Shown piece by piece: positions 61,401-64,000 of a DNA stretch of 64,000 nt. The notes under the pieces are model-generated. The model was not told the DNA's origin. It saw only the letters and a list, made by a program, of their open reading frames with translations, and ran no database searches. A program made the position numbers and the translations under genes. Source of the DNA: Klebsormidium nitens (Eukaryota; Plantae; Klebsormidiophyceae); NCBI GenBank assembly GCA_000708835.1, contig DF236955.1, forward strand, positions 186,001-250,000, written 5' to 3'. Each line of letters begins with the position of its first letter. Within the stretch, counting starts at the first letter, position 1.

Positions 61401-63909
61401 AGCGCAGTCGCCTTCTCCTCCTTGACAACTTCAGTAAAGATAAGACTCTGCAAGTACCTCGCACATAATCTGGCGTGTAATTCTTATCGAGCTGGCCTGA
61501 AGGAGCACCGCTAACGTCACAGAGGCAGAAAACCAGCGAGCGACAACGGAATATCTTGTTTTGAAACAGGAAAGCAGCCGTAACCCAAGCAAAGAGAGCC
61601 AGTATTGGTTCGTACCTCCTTCTTCCGCTCCAACTCCGCTTGCTGCTGGAGCTTTCTGCGCGTCTCCTCCTTCTGCTTGCGGCGGGCATCATATTGGTCC
61701 TGCTCTATCTTTTTCAGGACGGCGGCCTCCTTCTTGGCGGCCTCCTTCTTGACCTTCTTCGTCTCCTTGTCCATGCGGTTGATCTCCTCCTGATCGACGT
61801 GATCGTCTAGATCCAGAAACGCGCCGGTGAGCTTGGCTTTGGCAAGCTTGTCCGCCTCAACCTCGTCAAAGGTCTTTGCAGCCAGGACCTGCAATTGTTT
61901 CATGGATACTTTAAAAGGTGCACAAGGCTAGTGGCGATGTGAATCGCTGTCTCCACAACAATATCGCGGCAACCAGACCTACGTAAAGCGAGATATGGAC
62001 TTTGAGCAAGTATGTCTCTCTAGCACAAACTGTGCGTATTTCAACACTGGTGCACGAGCAAGGAACATCAGCGCATACCGTGTTTGGACTTCGTAAAACG
62101 ATACGAGAGAAAGCAATCAAAACCAGACAAGGATGCTAAGCTGGCCATCAAAGATGGACCACGGCAGGCTGAAATGATGTATGCACACCTCAAGCCCGTC
62201 GTCCTCGTCGTTTTCTTCGGCAGCTTGACGCGCCCTGGTAGCTCTAGCCCGTCCAGCAGCCGCTGCGTTAGGGAGATCTCGGTACGCGTTCCGGCACTCG
62301 CGAACCTGAGGAAAACGGAAAAGCTTCGGTGTCAAGAGGGCCCGCCCGCTGCTTTGATTTTAAAACGATTCATCTACCAGCTATTATTCGACCCGTGCAA
62401 AAGGGAAAAGTTAACCTGAAGTTGTGAGGCACGCACAAGGAGTAACGATACGTACCTTGAACTCTAAAGCTTGCAGCTCGTAAGACTCCATGCTCTGGGC
62501 ATAGACTGGAAAGGTGTTCTCAATGAGCTCCATCAGAATCTTCTTCGGTGGGGAGACGAACTCGTCCTGTTCGCTTCCAAGTTCCTGCAGCCACAAGTTT
62601 TGTTCGCTTTTCTCAACTACGGGTCGAAGCACGGCGTTGGCCATCAGTTGAGTTCACAGAAAACTTCAAAAATCTTGCGAAAGATGTCGGTTGTTCAAAG
62701 TGCTTCAAGTGGGCCAAAAGCAGCAGAATTACATCCCAGACACTCATCAAGGAGTCAGTCTGAAAAGCAGATTTCCGTAGAGCTTTCCAGCAGAATTCGT
62801 CCAACCCTTACCTCTTGCTGTCTTGTCATCGCCGCCTCTCCTGTTGACTGCAGACCGACCTGAACCAGATACCGCGTGAAGTTTAGCACGGAAAATTCTG
62901 AATGACCTCTCGGAATTAGGCAGAGCACATGACCAATCAGCAGCCAGATGACAATCGCCGCTGTTCCCAAATAGTCTGTGCTTTGAAAGCATCTGCCAAA
63001 CTAAAGATTGACAGTGCAGCGTCAAACACCTGACGACAATCGAAAATAAACGATCGCTTACCACGACTGCCATGTTGTCTTCTTCCACAGCTTTCTGGGC
63101 GATCGCAGCGAGTTCAGGTATTTTTGCAGCAATCAGCATCTGCAAAAATTTGACAGCTTTTCGTAAAAAGGGCCAGATCCGATAAGAATGAAAGTGCTTT
63201 CGTGGCTGGGCAGGCCTCTCTGGCTTCATAAGCAGATAACGGACTGACAGGGTCCTCTTTGCCAGGAAACTGGAAGCTCACCTGCCGAAAGAACCGCATA
63301 TGCTCCGACCAGAACTTCGCCCAGCTGTGTTTTGGAACGTTGGCCCCTGCAGCCTTGGCGGACTTCATCGTCCTGAACAAGAGCTGCCAAAAGCCTGCAG
63401 CCCTGCACAGGAAAACCAAGGAGATACTTTCAACGAATCTGAAGTGCATAACAAAAGAAGATCATATAGACGATTCTGAAGGTCCAATCGTATTAGAGGC
63501 GAATTAAAGAGGAGCAAACTAAAGGGAGTTGAAAGGGCCAGAGACTTTCCTGCGGTCTGCTTACGAACTGAAAAGCGGACCAGCGACTGTGGATCGGGCT
63601 GATCCGAACTGAAGAGCCAAGCATGCCATCTCTTACCTGTCGTACATCACTTCCAGGTCAGGGGGTATGTTGACGTCAGCAACCTCAAACTCTGTTACAA
63701 GAGAGGAACATGCAAGTAAGACAGGCTGTCTGTGTGAAGCAACTTGCAGATCGGAAGAAATTCGACCACAATAAACATTCCAAAATGCAACAACACAAGC
63801 AGAAATTCAGTGGATTCAGCACATTCAGAGTGAGGGGCTCACCAGCGCCGTCGTAGCTCAGAGTTCGATTGACATAAGCTCCCAGTGCCTTGAGCCCCAT
63901 CGAAAACAT
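55472..63909 (-). CDS. SBNO: Strawberry-notch family helicase-like chromatin protein with PHD finger (SBNO/FGT1-like), partial (5' part beyond the window)
   Basis: [30 protein letters not shown]|[14 protein letters not shown]|[78 protein letters not shown] and [42 protein letters not shown] at about 61186-61330. Stop at 55472. Confidence 0.9.
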
Positions 63910-64000
63910 CTGCAGACGTAGGAGGTCATCAAAAAATTCCTTGGCTCATCTTTCACCCAATGTTCTTGTGATAGCTCGTTCTGAAAAGAAACGTCCTTTT

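Noticed and set aside
1-64000. CRISPR arrays, rRNA, tRNA and transposase/RT/integrase ORFs
   Set aside because: None seen: no regularly spaced repeats or diagnostic motifs, and all long ORFs belong to the nine host genes.

Overview
This is eukaryotic, intron-rich (GT-AG), gene-dense DNA. It most resembles a streptophyte green alga such as Klebsormidium; that is inference from plant-type TGH, CYP23 and NST1-like orthologues sitting beside genes land plants lack, plus a TTTTAGGG motif. Nine protein-coding genes were reconstructed by hand from splice sites and conserved motifs: NST1-like (-, 3' end outside window), PIN/Swt1-like RNase (+), SIRT7-type sirtuin (-), TOUGH/GPATCH1 (-), DDX60-like DEIH helicase (-), cyclophilin CYP23 (+), NDPK1 (-), SDE3/MOV10 helicase (+) and strawberry-notch/FGT1 with a PHD finger (-, 5' end outside window). 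I found no rRNA, tRNA, CRISPR array or transposon ORF. Most ORF-track entries are exon fragments or antisense shadows, and the track uses non-ATG starts. Best leads: (1) SIRT7- and DDX60-type genes in a plant-lineage genome, (2) four RNA-surveillance/antiviral-type genes within about 50 kb, (3) an SDE3/MOV10 with no GW AGO-hook tail, (4) a ~160-aa insertion splitting the sirtuin zinc site, and (5) CATG-rich islands in all five gaps that follow a gene 3' end. Family assignments rest on motifs recalled from memory, not database searches.
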